Shown: positions 44,302-57,146, counted from the first letter of the whole stretch. The stretch: DNA of 62,990 nt, filler included, from Trichomonas gallinae (GCA_008369845.1; 11 parts of 11 records of this genome joined end to end with filler, not necessarily neighbours in it); one strand, 5' to 3'. The notes: a model not told the origin generated them from the letters alone. Numbers and translations are program-made.

Positions 44302-45807
44302 CTAATAATTCCATTCTGCCCTTGGTTTTCTAGCCGGTGCTTTCTTTGCTGGAGCGGCAAGTCTTGTTGCTGCAGCTTTCTTTGAGGCCGGCTTAGGAAT
44401 CGATGAAACCTGACTTTCATGCTCAGATTTCTTCGTTTTAGCTGAAGATTGGGATGAATGCTGCTTAGGAAGATCACCGAGCATAGAAGGACGCGAAGCT
44501 TTGATCCTGGAAGCCTTGTTCTGCTTAGGTGCACGCAAAGCAACTTTCTCTGCTGGTCTCTCGACCTCAAAGTCATCATCAAGGACTCTTTTGCGCGTGA
44601 ATTTTTCTGATTCCCAGCCGTGCATCTCCAAGTTCAGCTCCTCGCAGACCTTCTGCGCGAAGTCTGCGATCTTCTGGCATGATGTCGCAGCGATCTCATC
44701 GCATTTATCTTCAGATTGGCTGATTATCCTAGTCAAAGCTGTATCAGAGAAATCTTTGAACGACATGTTAGGAATAAGCGATTCCACTGATTCTTCCTTT
44801 TCAACTTGCTTCACTGCTTCGTATCTTAAAATTGGTTCCATTTTTTCGTCGATTTCGCGCCTAATGATATCATATGAGTATCCACCACCAAGGTGATGGT
44901 CTTTCGGCAAATCTCCGAACGCAAACTTCAAATTATTCAATTTAATTCGACATTCGTTCATTAATTTGCTCAATTCGTCGACTTTATTGTTGTGGCGTGA
45001 GTATGGAGCTCCATCTAATGGAGGATACCAGTCTATAGGCGTCGCACGCATATCATCGAATCCATCTGGATCATATCCTGGTCTATTTGCTAAAGGAGTC
45101 ACCCAGTCCCAAAACTGCTTCTCGATAACGAAAATTTGCTCGATTTTTGGCGAGTTTGTTATGGCTCTGTTAAGTGCTTCTGTGTGCGCTGTTGAGAGAG
45201 GAATATTTGCTTTCAAACTCAACGAATATAGCGAAGATTCCTGGTCTATTGCGCGTATTTGCCAGTTGAATGTCTCTCTTTGCATTTCTAAATCGCTTAA
45301 TTCACGTAGTTCTGAAGATATTTTTGAATAAAGTCGTGTAATGCGCCTTGTGAGCGAATCAGGATCTGTAGGAGGTTTTTTGATTGGCCTTGATGGAATG
45401 ATTGTTGGATCTGTTAGGAATTCTCCGTAAGGAGGAAGATATTGAATATCAGAATCTGGAATAAGAGGATCATACAGTGTTTTAAAGAGATCACAGCGCC
45501 AAATTAGCCAGCAAATTGCAAGTAAAACGTGCTGAGAATGAACGTCTAAATTAAATAAAAATGGATCGAAGCCAAGTAAGCGCAATACATCTGTTGCTTG
45601 ATTTATATCAGCCTTCTTTATCCAGTTCCTAGCATCCATTTTGCTTGAAAATACAATCCACGCTAAAAATTGGTATAAAGCTGTTTTCATTTGTGTAACA
45701 ACTTCATCATTTGCTTCTGCAGCTTCTAACATATCTTTTACTGTTATTTCTACACCAATAGGCTTAAGAAGACGATCAATAACAAATCTTATTGATTCTT
45801 CAGCCAT
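44302..45807 (-). CDS. TEDC1-like (tubulin epsilon/delta complex protein 1) hypothetical protein
   Basis: LRLLGF...SQHVLLAICWLI and EKQFWDWV recall the TEDC1 motifs (SRELLLALSWLL, E.VFWRWM). Basic low-complexity tail. Confidence 0.6.
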   Translation of the reverse strand: MAEESIRFVIDRLLKPIGVEITVKDMLEAAEANDEVVTQMKTALYQFLAWIVFSSKMDARNWIKKADINQATDVLRLLGFDPFLFNLDVHSQHVLLAICWLIWRCDLFKTLYDPLIPDSDIQYLPPYGEFLTDPTIIPSRPIKKPPTDPDSLTRRITRLYSKISSELRELSDLEMQRETFNWQIRAIDQESSLYSLSLKANIPLSTAHTEALNRAITNSPKIEQIFVIEKQFWDWVTPLANRPGYDPDGFDDMRATPIDWYPPLDGAPYSRHNNKVDELSKLMNECRIKLNNLKFAFGDLPKDHHLGGGYSYDIIRREIDEKMEPILRYEAVKQVEKEESVESLIPNMSFKDFSDTALTRIISQSEDKCDEIAATSCQKIADFAQKVCEELNLEMHGWESEKFTRKRVLDDDFEVERPAEKVALRAPKQNKASRIKASRPSMLGDLPKQHSSQSSAKTKKSEHESQVSSIPKPASKKAAATRLAAPAKKAPARKPRAEWNY

Positions 45808-48171
45808 TTTTAAAATTAACCTTAATAATCGATTATTAATAAGGTTATTAAATAGTAAACGTGCACAAAAAACTGACAGTTATTAATCAATTGATATATG
45901 AGTAGAGAATCTCTGCGATGCCATATAATGAGATTGCTATGTATGAAATAAAGGCGCAGACTAATGAGTAGTTATATGTCAATTTTGTCAGGACCTCGAT
46001 GTGAATAATGATTTTCATGGCCTGAAAGATAATAATGCCTGTATGTGGTGCTGTTTGAGGTGACTAATGCATGTAATATCATCATAATCTAAAAAAAAAA
46101 TTCGATTCGATAAATTCATTACTTTTCTCATCAAAATATCTAATATATCTTGAGAATTTTTATTACAATCCACACAATAATCATATTTGCAATAGTATTG
46201 ATTTACAATTCAATAATTTGGAGTGTAATGTTCGAATTTTTCTTATAAAATATTATATTATCACATGTTTAGTATTAAATAAGGTCAGTCAAGACAATAG
46301 AAACAAACGAGAGCGAGATGATATGTTCGGTTATAGCTCATGAAATATCAAAAAAAAAAAAAAAAAAAATTGTATTGAAAATCATATGACTTTAATACCA
46401 GAACAAAATATCGTGACAATAATTTCAACTAAGAAAAAACATTCTACGGCAAAACTATTCTGCATTTCCTGCTCTATATGCATGTACTAGCATCTAGGAG
46501 TTTGGAACGTTAGATAGAGCTGCAGGAGGTGTTTTNNNNNNNNNNNNNNNNNNNNNNNNNNNNNNNNNNNNNNNNNNNNTTAATTAATTAANNNNNNNNN
46601 NNNNNNNNNNNNNNNNNNNNNNNNNNNNNNNNNNNAGCAAATTTATAGCATTGTTTTGATTCGAAAACTGTTCTAATAAAGATATAATTAACAGTATTTG
46701 TTTCAGTCGTATTAAAAACTTTCAAATCTTTTCAAAGGAATGAACGGATAAATATAATTTGAATAGAAACTGGTTCTGAAAATTATTCAAGTTAACGTTC
46801 AAGTTTCCTATCAATCGTACATAGTAAGTTCATATTTGAGAAATTTGGTCTCTTTTTTTTCAAAAAGACTCAAAGTCATAACTTTTGAGTATGATTTGAA
46901 AAACTTCATTTAAAAACCATATTCCTAGAAAACATCTAAGTTGTTGAAGTTCTATCATTTTGGGAATCATTACAGCATTTTCAACTTTCCAAATTTTAAG
47001 AGTTGTTGAACCACTATTTCTTTATTTTTGCTTTTTTATATCATCATATTACTCGTTGAATGAGTATCATGGTTCATGCGCTAACAATATGCACCACTTT
47101 GAAGGTGGTGCTAGTATCAACTAAAAAATAATTCTCTCGCTTAATTCTTTTTTATTAATTGGCCCTAATACTCACTTTTAGAGAGGTAATCCAAAAATAG
47201 ACGATAGCTATATGGCTAGAAGGTGCCCCGGTCGAAAGATTTTTAATTTTGTGAGAAAGGGTAATTTTTGTCAGAATCATCACCTCACTTTCTCATAACA
47301 TGCTGATTTTTTAATTACATTGGATAGAATATTGTACGAACAATTGTTTGAACGAGGTTTTGGGCTATTTTAAGAGGTTTTGTTAAAAATTTTTCTGATC
47401 TAAGGATATTAAAATCCAAGTTTTTTGTGTTAATTCATCTTATTTTCTAATATAAACTGTTATGTGTGATTTTAAAAATCATTTGAACGGAGATTTTAAG
47501 AAAAAATATAATTTTATAAAAAAAATAACCATTTTTCTAAATTTACTAATTTAATCATATCTTGCCTATTAAATTATTATCAAAAGGATCAAATGTTTGG
47601 AATCGTATCATTATCATTTGCTCAATCTATATGCAAAGTTATATTGAAATTTAAAGTATATCTACTCCAGAAATATTACACTCAATGAAATTTCAAGGCT
47701 ATACGCGTTGGAAATCAAATATACATGTCAAATATGATTAAAATCACATCACAAAACAAACGATATCTATCAATATGAAATATTTCATAAAAATTCTTAA
47801 AGATATGTGCTTATCTATCTGATTTATAAACAATTGTACACAAAAGTTATGACAGATACAAGTCTAGATGCCAAAACTGTGAAGCCCTTAACTTTAACTA
47901 TAAAAGTTAATTAATTTTAAAACTATGCATATACTAAGATTAAGATATACTTAAATAGATGCTTTGCTATTGTTGCCAAATACAAATTAAATTAGAAATG
48001 ACAAATTATAAATGATTTAACACTGAATCTTATGTATTGCATAAGCATTACATTGTAAAGAGCAAAATTTTACGCAATGGAAAAATGAATAAAAATAAAT
48101 ATTTTCAATTTGCCGAATGAAATGTAAATAATATATAAAATTGTTTAAAACAGTAAATATCATGATTTATT

Positions 48172-48250
48172 TTATGGTTTCTCTGCAGGTGAGACCTTGC
48201 TGCCTTTCTTCTTGATGAAGAAGAATGCACCGGCGGCAGCACCGGCAACA
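48172..48250 (-). CDS. C-terminal TM anchor and cytoplasmic tail of a type I membrane protein (rest in gap)
   Basis: Reads VAGAAAGAFFFIKKKGSKVSPAEKP* from the gap edge; coding-like GC content. Confidence 0.6.
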
Positions 48251-48352
48251 NNNNNNNNNNNNNNNNNNNNNNNNNNNNNNNNNNNNNNNNNNNNTTAATT
48301 AATTAANNNNNNNNNNNNNNNNNNNNNNNNNNNNNNNNNNNNNNNNNNNNCT

Positions 48353-50143
48353 TTTATTTTTCTATTAACAACATTTATTCTTGGATTCCAACTGACAAAT
48401 TTCTTTGGAAGATACAAGTTGCCACCGTTACTACTTATTGGAGCTGCTTTTCCGGTTGGAATGGTCTTCATTTCGATAACAACTTTAATTTTCAATCCAT
48501 TCATCGGCTGCACAGTTAAGAATGGCATTATACAGATTTTCATTTCCACGTTAATCGCATCGAGACTCTTTTTCGTTTCTCCCAGATTGATGGGAAATAT
48601 GAAATTCGCTACAACTGCTCCAATTTTGGTTGTTGTACTTTTAGCAGGCATAATGGCAAATTCTTACAAAATTGCATTCCTCAGAACAAAAGAAAACGAA
48701 TGGTTTGGCACTGCTGAAAATGATATGTGGCTAGAAGTGGCTACAGCGATGTCATTCTACCAGGGTGTGAACCATTACTCGTCACCATTCAACTTAAAGC
48801 GCTTAATGAAGCTCCAATTCGGAGTTATTAATCCGATAATGCTTAATAACACATTATACTCAGAATATTTACCTGCAGTTTATGAAGCACTCCTCCTCAA
48901 CGCAAAGATTCCACTTAATATGATTATTTTCATCTTAACAACTTTATTAACACTTTCGATTTTCTTAATAATCTACGCTTATTCTTACAAAGTCTTCAAT
49001 AGCCGTATTTCTGCGATGCTCGCAGTTCCTTGCGTTTTCTTTTTGGGTGGTTATGGAATTGTTAATGCTTTAGATAACAATTCTAGACTTAGTCCATACA
49101 CTGATTATCGTTTTTGCGCTGGTTATGGTATATATCAACCGTGGGGGCATGAAATTCTTCACTGTTTGTTGACATCTAGATTATGTTTGCTTTGTCTTGC
49201 GATTTCAGCATTAGTTTACGTATTCCTTGAACATAACCTTGACTGCTCTGCAGGAATTTTTGCGTGGACTGTCGTTTTCATGAGGCCTCCATCAGCTGCA
49301 ATTTTATTCTTCGTTTATCTGTTTTACAAACGCGAAAAGATATTTGTTAGAGCATTATTTACTGCTATTGCTGCTGGATTTTTATATTTATTGAAGTTAA
49401 GACCAAAATTCGGACAAATGTACGAAGAAAACTGGCCAACGCAACCACTTATTGGTTTCTTCTGGCATATTTTCGGTATTGTACCAATTGGTGTCGTTTT
49501 CGGATATCTTTTCACTAAGAAATTCGCGCCATTAGCAAGCATCGCCGCGATTATTACATTTTTGTTCATAAGTCTTCAAACTGCGCACAGATTCAACTTC
49601 TTCGCCATGATCACAGCACTTTACCCGATATTTGCAGTTTTCACGACCGGAGGATTCATGTCTTTCACATTCATCAGCAAGAAGAAATCGAAACAAGGCT
49701 CCATTGGCATGCTGATGTTCATGATCACGTGCACTGTCTGCATTTCTACATCTGTCGGCTACATACACAGGATCGACCAGGCATTTGAAGCATATCCGGA
49801 AGACACAGCGAGAGAAGTCGGAATTTGGTTCATCAAAAACACGCCGATGAATTCTTCCGTTTTCACAATTGGAGACAGAGAATGGCCGCCTGCTACATTC
49901 TTCGCTGGCAGGCAGGAGATGGTCAGCACCGACCAGGCAATGCAGGCTGTCTACTTCGAGCAGATTGACCAGATCAAATTGATTAACGTGTGGCTTTCGT
50001 CATCGCAAGGGAAAGTTTGGAATCATACCGACTACATTGTCGTGCATGATGGGGCTCAAAATAGTGAAATAATCAAGAATCACGCTTCAAAGAATATGAA
50101 ATTGCTGTTCAGCAATGAGGAATACTCTGTATTTGGACATTGA
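48353..50143 (+). CDS. Multi-pass membrane protein, possibly GT-C-type glycosyltransferase-like; 5' end lost in gap
   Basis: Open frame from the gap with more than 10 hydrophobic segments and a soluble C-terminal domain (WFIKNTP.NS.V...FAGRQ). Confidence 0.75.
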   Translation, partial: FIFLLTTFILGFQLTNFFGRYKLPPLLLIGAAFPVGMVFISITTLIFNPFIGCTVKNGIIQIFISTLIASRLFFVSPRLMGNMKFATTAPILVVVLLAGIMANSYKIAFLRTKENEWFGTAENDMWLEVATAMSFYQGVNHYSSPFNLKRLMKLQFGVINPIMLNNTLYSEYLPAVYEALLLNAKIPLNMIIFILTTLLTLSIFLIIYAYSYKVFNSRISAMLAVPCVFFLGGYGIVNALDNNSRLSPYTDYRFCAGYGIYQPWGHEILHCLLTSRLCLLCLAISALVYVFLEHNLDCSAGIFAWTVVFMRPPSAAILFFVYLFYKREKIFVRALFTAIAAGFLYLLKLRPKFGQMYEENWPTQPLIGFFWHIFGIVPIGVVFGYLFTKKFAPLASIAAIITFLFISLQTAHRFNFFAMITALYPIFAVFTTGGFMSFTFISKKKSKQGSIGMLMFMITCTVCISTSVGYIHRIDQAFEAYPEDTAREVGIWFIKNTPMNSSVFTIGDREWPPATFFAGRQEMVSTDQAMQAVYFEQIDQIKLINVWLSSSQGKVWNHTDYIVVHDGAQNSEIIKNHASKNMKLLFSNEEYSVFGH

Positions 50144-50557
50144 TAATTGAATTTTTTTTGTGTGTTATAATTTTTTTTCTTATTTTGGATTTTTATTTCA
50201 AAAAAGGGAAAATTTCAAATAAACATCATTTGTTATTTATTTATGTCTTTACATCATTGGTCAGCACATCTCATACATCATTGCAATCATTATTATTAAG
50301 TTAAGTGAATGAATTGAATTAATAACTTAATCATTGTAAGGTTGATATTTTTACAACTCACCAATTATATCAGAGCATTGTAGGTGTATATTTTGTTATT
50401 CTTCAAAATTATAATTTGAATTGATATTTGATTTCGAAATGTTAGTGATCATTTAATAAGCAATGGGTCATCTAATGTTATTGGAAAATGTAGATAATTT
50501 GATTGTATACACTTCGACAATTTATATTCATATAGAATGCTAAAATGCATGAAATAT

Positions 50558-50997
50558 TTAAATGGTACCATGATCTTTCAGCATTCTTACGATTTCATTA
50601 TTACAATCTTCTGAAGCATAACTCAAAGCTGATTTGTTTTCGTTGTCTTTTGCGTTGACATTAAATCCAGGAACTGTGAGAAGCAGTTTGACAACTTCAT
50701 GATTTATCCATAATGCCAGATTCGATCAAAAGACGAATCAAGTTATGCTTGTTATCAAAAGTTATTTGGTTTCACAACGTAAACAAATTTTTCTCTGACA
50801 GCAAATGACATGGAATCTAAATCTTTTTCTGTAGTAATCCTTTGGCAAATTTCGTAGATTTTATCAAAATTTACTTCCGTTTTAGAAATTTTCTTCAATT
50901 CTTCGATATTGATTTCATGATTTTGTGCATGTGGCGTAGATGTTTGTTCTGTATGTGCTTGACTATGAGATCCAATGGATCCGTTATTCGTGAGCAT
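50558..50997 (-). pseudogene. Ankyrin-repeat gene remnant
   Basis: 50558-50700 reads EVVKLLLTVPGFNVNAKDNENKSALSYASEDCNNEIVRMLKDHGTI*. It is separated by a stop from the short upstream ORF 50755-50997. Confidence 0.65.
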
Positions 50998-51878
50998 TGT
51001 TTGATTCCGACAAAGAGTTGTTCAATTTTAAAAATATAGATTCAATTCGTTATCAATGTGTTTCAAACACTCTGATAACTGGTCCTGGTCGAGAACCTAG
51101 ATGAGCATGTCGTTCTTTATCATAGATGGAATGGACTAAGCACTGCCAACTGGCTCTAAACTCCAAGATACTAAGATTGTAATATTTAGTAGTCGAAATT
51201 TTTACTTATATATTGTAAGCTTGATTATTATCCTTACTTCTAGTTATCAAAGAGCAGTACACACTAAATAATATTACTTAAATGATAACGCATCTTTACG
51301 AGGTTATTTACGAAAATTATTACATTCAAACTTAATCACGTATTTACACTATAGTAGTCGATTTGCCAACGAGAAAATTGATAGAAACAATAGATCTAAA
51401 ATTCTGCATCCATATAATTTATATAGTAGATCTAAAAATCTCTGCCAAGTTGCAATAAATATTTTAAGAGGATATTGTCGAACTTCTCGAATATCAAAAT
51501 TGAATAATTTTCTCATATATAACGTGAAAATTCGTTCATCTCTAGATAATGCTAATATTCGCAGAAAAGATTAACCATTTTTTAGTATTATTTGAAGATT
51601 GAAATAAAATTAGAGAAATATTTTATAATACTTCGGAAAGCAAAATTGTGGACTAACTTGCAAGTGCAAACAAGAATTATGCTAAATCAGCTCATGATTT
51701 TACTTTTCATGTTTTTTTTTAGTATCAAAATTTCCATCAAGAAAAAGTAAAATCATGAGCTGGTTTGCAACTGCAATGAAGAACTATGCCAAGTCAGCAT
51801 TATTTTGCTTTTAAGTGTCATTTTGTGTATTGTTGCTACGACAGTATTGTATATTTTTTATGTTTGTCACTTTTCGAA

Positions 51879-53340
51879 ATGGATATTGGTCAATCACAAC
51901 TCGATGATGAACAATTATCCATGTTACATAAACTCAACATCGATATTAATACAGCCGTCGAATATTTACAATCACATACATTTGAAGAGCCGATTTCAAA
52001 TTTACTTCAGAACGATTATTCACAATCTAATGAATTTTTCAAAGAATTTACACGCTGTATAGTGGAAAATCTACCAATTCCAACATCGGACTCTCCCAAT
52101 TATTTAGTAATAAATTTTATAGATAGTTTCATTAAAGCTAAATTCAAATATACTTAATAAATGCTCTCAACATCATTGATAAACAGAATAAAGAAAAGTG
52201 TGAGAATTTACTTATAGCGCAAGCTAAATTGCACTTTTAAAAAAGGTGAAAATCCATACACAAAATATATATGCTATCAAAGAGGTTTGGATTTTGAGAC
52301 ATTACCAGAAATAATATGAAATGACAAAGGCAATGATATAAAAAGTTTTTTACAGTCTAATGTTAAATACAAAATTAATTATTTTCAAAAAAGGTCGTTA
52401 ATTCTCGAACTAAAATTCGAATCCTCAAAATGTGTGGAAGTTATTTTAAACAATATTGAAACCGATGAGTGACTTAAAGATATATACACTCGATATTTTA
52501 AATCCATTAACTCAATACCAGGGTTTAAAGGTCAATTCTTGATACACTAGATTCATTTTAATGAAATAAAACAATAAATATGTTCTAAAATTCATCAAAG
52601 CAGAATCAAAAAACAAGTTAGAAGATTCATTCCGTCGCTTAAAAATAAGTTCAGGTTCTATAGATATATCGATAAAAAATTCCCAATGCCAAATATTTCA
52701 AAGCCTACAATATTACCGATAAATGATCATTTATTAACAGATAAAAACAATTTTGATATAGACAGTTACCTTACAGATTTGCCAGGAAGTGCCATTTTAA
52801 CATATGAACAAGAATATAATACGAATGAATTGCTGAGATAAAAAGGACAAGTGATTAATAACTTAAATTATAATGTTGAAAATGCTTCAATCATAGTTCG
52901 TAACGCCGATTGCATCAGTCTTGATGCATCATTTTTTATGATGCCTTATATAACAATTATACCAATTGCCGTTTATGCAAATAATGGTTTTCCTTTGGGA
53001 ATCTTCATTGGTCCAACCGAAGATAACTTGACCTACAAAACAGTATTCGATAATTTAGTGAAAATTGGTGTAAATCAATCTTTACTTAAAGAAATAATGT
53101 ACATTGGTGACAACGGAACTGGAATTGTAAAATTTGCAAAATATTATCAATTGAAGTATTACAAATGCATCGCGCATTATATTAGATTATATGGAGCAAA
53201 CTCAGCCATCGCCCCTGCAGTCAGGATGAATACCCGACAAAATATGCATAATTAAAAACCATTAAGGAGCAGCAATATAAACGCTTTTTAAAAACTGGGA
53301 TTAAAAAAGCATGCAATTAAGTACGTTTTATGTTTTAGAG
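51879..53340 (+). mobile_element. Decayed Mutator-like (MULE) transposase
   Basis: Inr plus ATG at 51879, then multiple stops and frameshifts. Core ISLDASF...PLGIFIGPTED..Y...IGDNG...CIAHYIR fits the MULE D..D..CxxH signature. Confidence 0.75.
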
Positions 53341-54446
53341 AAGTACCAATAACAACTTCAAATTCAACTTCATGTCAAGGGAGTTGACATCACATGTCAA
53401 AAGTGATGTGAAAGTGACAAAAATGAACTCATGTTACAAAGGAACAGTTAGACAGGCAGCTTCGATCTTCGTGGCAACATCAAGGCATGCAATAACGTTG
53501 TCATTAAGGTCGAGGCTGTTCGTATTACTATCCTCCTACCCAACAAAAGCCTCGATCTTCACTCTGCAGCCCCCTTCATCACTTTATTGAAGGAGATGCA
53601 GAGTGAAGACCGAGAACCACTGAGAATTTGTTGTGCTCTACAAAAAAAAGATTCTTTATCAGCTAATTTTGAACTATCCCAGTGGCTATATCTCGACTTC
53701 CACTACAACTATTGATTCTTTTCTGTTAAATTACCATTATGCAAGTTGTTTGATTCATTCACATCCATAGAATCCTCTAAGGATTTCCTCATAAATTCTT
53801 CAGAGTCTCGTATTCACCACCTGCTTTCCAATGAACTTTGTGATCTGGTCCAATTAAATGTAGGCAAAAATATGTAGATCTTTTACCAGGTTAAATGTCC
53901 AACAGCATGTAATCAATAACGACATTTCTTTTTTTTTTAGAAATAATCTTCAAGCTTGTCCAAAGGAAACATAGTATTGTATAATTTTTTGCATGAGTTT
54001 TCTCTTTCAATCTGTTCCAACAGGTATGGAAATGCTTATAACATTGGTTAGGATCAAGTTAAATTTCAATATCGGCACAAAGTATTTCAGCTATATAAAG
54101 CTTTCGATTTGTTATCAAGATCAGGAACTGCACGAATTTGGACAGAAAAATGACTTGAGAAAAATTTTAAATTAAATGAGGAGTGGTCTCAATTTTATTT
54201 AAAAATGAAATTTAGTATGATAAATTAAAATTATTAGTATATATGATAAAATCGATGAAATTAAATTGGAAAAAAACTGTTTATTTGAAAAGCAAAAGTT
54301 ATGATGGAACGAAAAGAAATCATCTGCAGTCAGCCACGTTGACTCAGGCTCTTCGGAAGAGGAGACTGAGGAAGCTTTACTACATCAAGTTGCGTCACCA
54401 TTTTTCTTAAAATTTTCTTTTTGTCCTCATTTTTTCACTTTTTTAA

Positions 54447-55700
54447 ATGGAGTTTGGCCCTCTGCCACCTCCACCTCCACGTAACCACGGCGAATCTATA
54501 GAATGAATAGAGTTTCTTAGATTCATTTGCAAGCTTGAAACGCATATAGAGATGCGATATGAAAAGAAATTACACTCAGATCCACTTGGAAAAGAAATTA
54601 ACCCTCACTGCAGCAATCACGGCTGCAAAGCACATGCAACCTTCCTTAAGATAGGCAAAGAGTACAAACTTTTGGATTGCGATTCTGATCACAATCATCC
54701 AAAATACAGTATGGTGATGCCACAAGATTAATTACTGCTTACACTCCATTACCTTAAGTTTAGCCAAGGCACAAAAATTGCAGCAGAAAGGTTTGGTGCC
54801 AGTTCATCTTATTACTATACAATTGTGTCAACAACTTTACACCAGTGCTCCAAAGTTTTTGCAAGAAACTTTATTGTATGGGAGACATTCCAACAGCGAC
54901 TCACAATATATCATATGTTACAAACGCCCGACTATCCAAATCTTCTCGGTTCAATCGATGCTAATTGCCAAGTAATTGAACGTCCTTCATCAGGTGACAA
55001 ACTTTGCTACGATGGCAAACACAAATGCTTTACTTACAAGGTACAAGCATTTGTATCGCCCAGAGGCATGCTGCTCGATTATTCAGAACCAGTTCCTGGG
55101 GCAACTCATGACTTTACACTTATCAAAAATTTACAACTCTTCAATAAACTTCGTGATCCATTGTTATCTGGGCAAAATCCAGTTGTTTTGGCTGATCTCA
55201 GCTATTTGGGTATCAACCACGACTTTCCCAATGCGGTGATTCCGCACTAGAGGCCACCAAACGCTGAGCCTACTGATGGGCAAAAAAGAGCAAACAGAAT
55301 TATATCTTCATTTAGGATCAAGGTGAAACACTTCTTTGGAAGGCTTAAAATCCTTTGGAAAATTGGCCAATAAATACAACAAATCATTAGACAATTATGC
55401 AGTCATTTGGGAATTCTGTGCCGCACTCAGTAACGATCATATCAATTTTCATCCGCTTTCAACTACTGATTAAATTTTTGATCCAGACGATGGTGACGGT
55501 CCAGCTTTAAGCGAAACCAGAATGACCGCACAAAACACAGCTGCCAATACATCGAGTGAAAGCTCCACCTCTAGCACATCCTCTTCGTCATCATCTGATC
55601 AGGAAGAGCCACAGCAAAATCAAGTTGAAAGAGATGAAGAAGAAAATCGAGGAAGAAAAGGTCACGGAAGATGGAGGGGAAGAATTAGAAATTTATAATA
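54447..55700 (+). mobile_element. Decayed PIF/Harbinger-ISL2EU-type (DDE_Tnp_4) transposase
   Basis: GSIDA, YDGKHK, HD and LADLSY motifs; premature stops (e.g. TAG at 55248) and frameshifts; closely similar to the 58473 copy. Confidence 0.85.
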
Positions 55701-56365
55701 AAATGTGTGTTTATTGTAATATATAACACGGAAAGTAATTACCAGGTGAATATGTGGTTGACACTGGATTATCAATAAATCACACTGCATGCTCAGTCAA
55801 AGCTCACTTACCATTTTTTTCTCCCTTACCACAATATTGAATTATTATATATTTTTTCATTGTAAAATTTTATTATGACATTTTAAAATAGTTTTGATTT
55901 GGAAAAATAATGCAGAAGAATGTTAGACACTTTTAACCTTAAAAATAAAAATTTGCAAAATCGGACAAAAATGTAATTTTTAAATCATCTCTAGGGCATG
56001 GCTATATGTGCCCTGGTAAATACTGTATACTTGAAAGATGGAGCAGAGAATATCAAGGAAGGGAGAAGGTATAATCGGAAAAACGGGATGAGGAGGATAA
56101 TTGCCTCACATATGGTATACGACGATGTGAAGGAATTCTGTCTGATTTTTCAGATCTAAGTTCTCTTTGAGCTGGATTTACTGGACCATTAGAAAACTGA
56201 ATTTGTAAAATTTACATTTATTGAATTCATATATTTATCGAATACTTTGTTTAGATTTAAAAATTAAACATTTTTATCCAATTTTGAAATTTTTATTTTC
56301 TTAAGAATAAAACGTATCAAACTTTTTCTGCATAGATTTTTCGCTAGATCAAAACTATGCTAAAA

Positions 56366-56442
56366 TAGGGATGCAACTTTGGAAGATATTTTGGTTTCTG
56401 GATGGAAATAAAAACTTTTTGGAAGATTTTCTGGAAATAATT
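56366..56442. mobile_element. Second copy of the hAT-type MITE terminus, truncated by gap
   Basis: TAGGGATGCAACTTTGGAAGATA matches the reverse complement of the right end of the 37851-38004 element. Confidence 0.8.
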
Positions 56443-57146
56443 NNNNNNNNNNNNNNNNNNNNNNNNNNNNNNNNNNNNNNNNNNNNTTAATTAATTAANN
56501 NNNNNNNNNNNNNNNNNNNNNNNNNNNNNNNNNNNNNNNNNNAAAAAAATATTTGGACAATTAATAACTAATTCTTAAACAAAATTATAATAAAAAAATT
56601 TATACAAACAAAAACCTTTTTTCTTCAAATAGCCATTTCTGCTTAAATTCGGCTGTAATAATGCCAACCATAACAGATCTAGATTACCAAGTAACTTTTG
56701 CAAGCTCAAATTAAATTCGTGTAATTCGAATCGCCAAATTAAATTTGGGTAAAGTTCATTAATTATTAGCATAATTGTCTTAAAAAAAGTCTAGCAATCC
56801 ATTCTATGATAGATATCAAGCGTCAGTTTCATTTTTTATACTGGAACATATTTCGATTGTAAGTGGAATACATATAAGATCTTTATCAAACTAGATTTAT
56901 TAAAAACATGCACATAAGACCATATTAAACGAAGAATTGGCAGAAGATATAGTTAATTTGAAATCGCTAGATATTTTTAAACAAATTAATAATATTAGTG
57001 TTATAAGATCGCATATAAGATACACTGGTGTTTCACGAAGTTTCAGTATCTATTTACAATTAGATTCGTCCTGAAAACGAAAAATTAGGAAAAATATAAT
57101 ATCTTGTTGACACTTTTTGGCTCTTTCGTTTTAAATTTTGTAAAAA

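Noticed and set aside
36264..45807. Apparent flagellar/trafficking gene cluster (IFT46, TEDC1-like, CHMP1, coiled coils)
   Set aside because: Mixed strands, unrelated genes interspersed, and these categories are common in such a genome.
46636..48170. ORF-free block with a small GCACCAC/GTGGTGC hairpin near 47090-47111
   Set aside because: May be repeat-derived, but no TIR, TSD or second copy is visible in the window.
55992..56015. Short inverted repeat TAGGGCA...TGCCCTG as a transposon terminus
   Set aside because: Stem is only about 6-7 bp with no TSD or partner end found.
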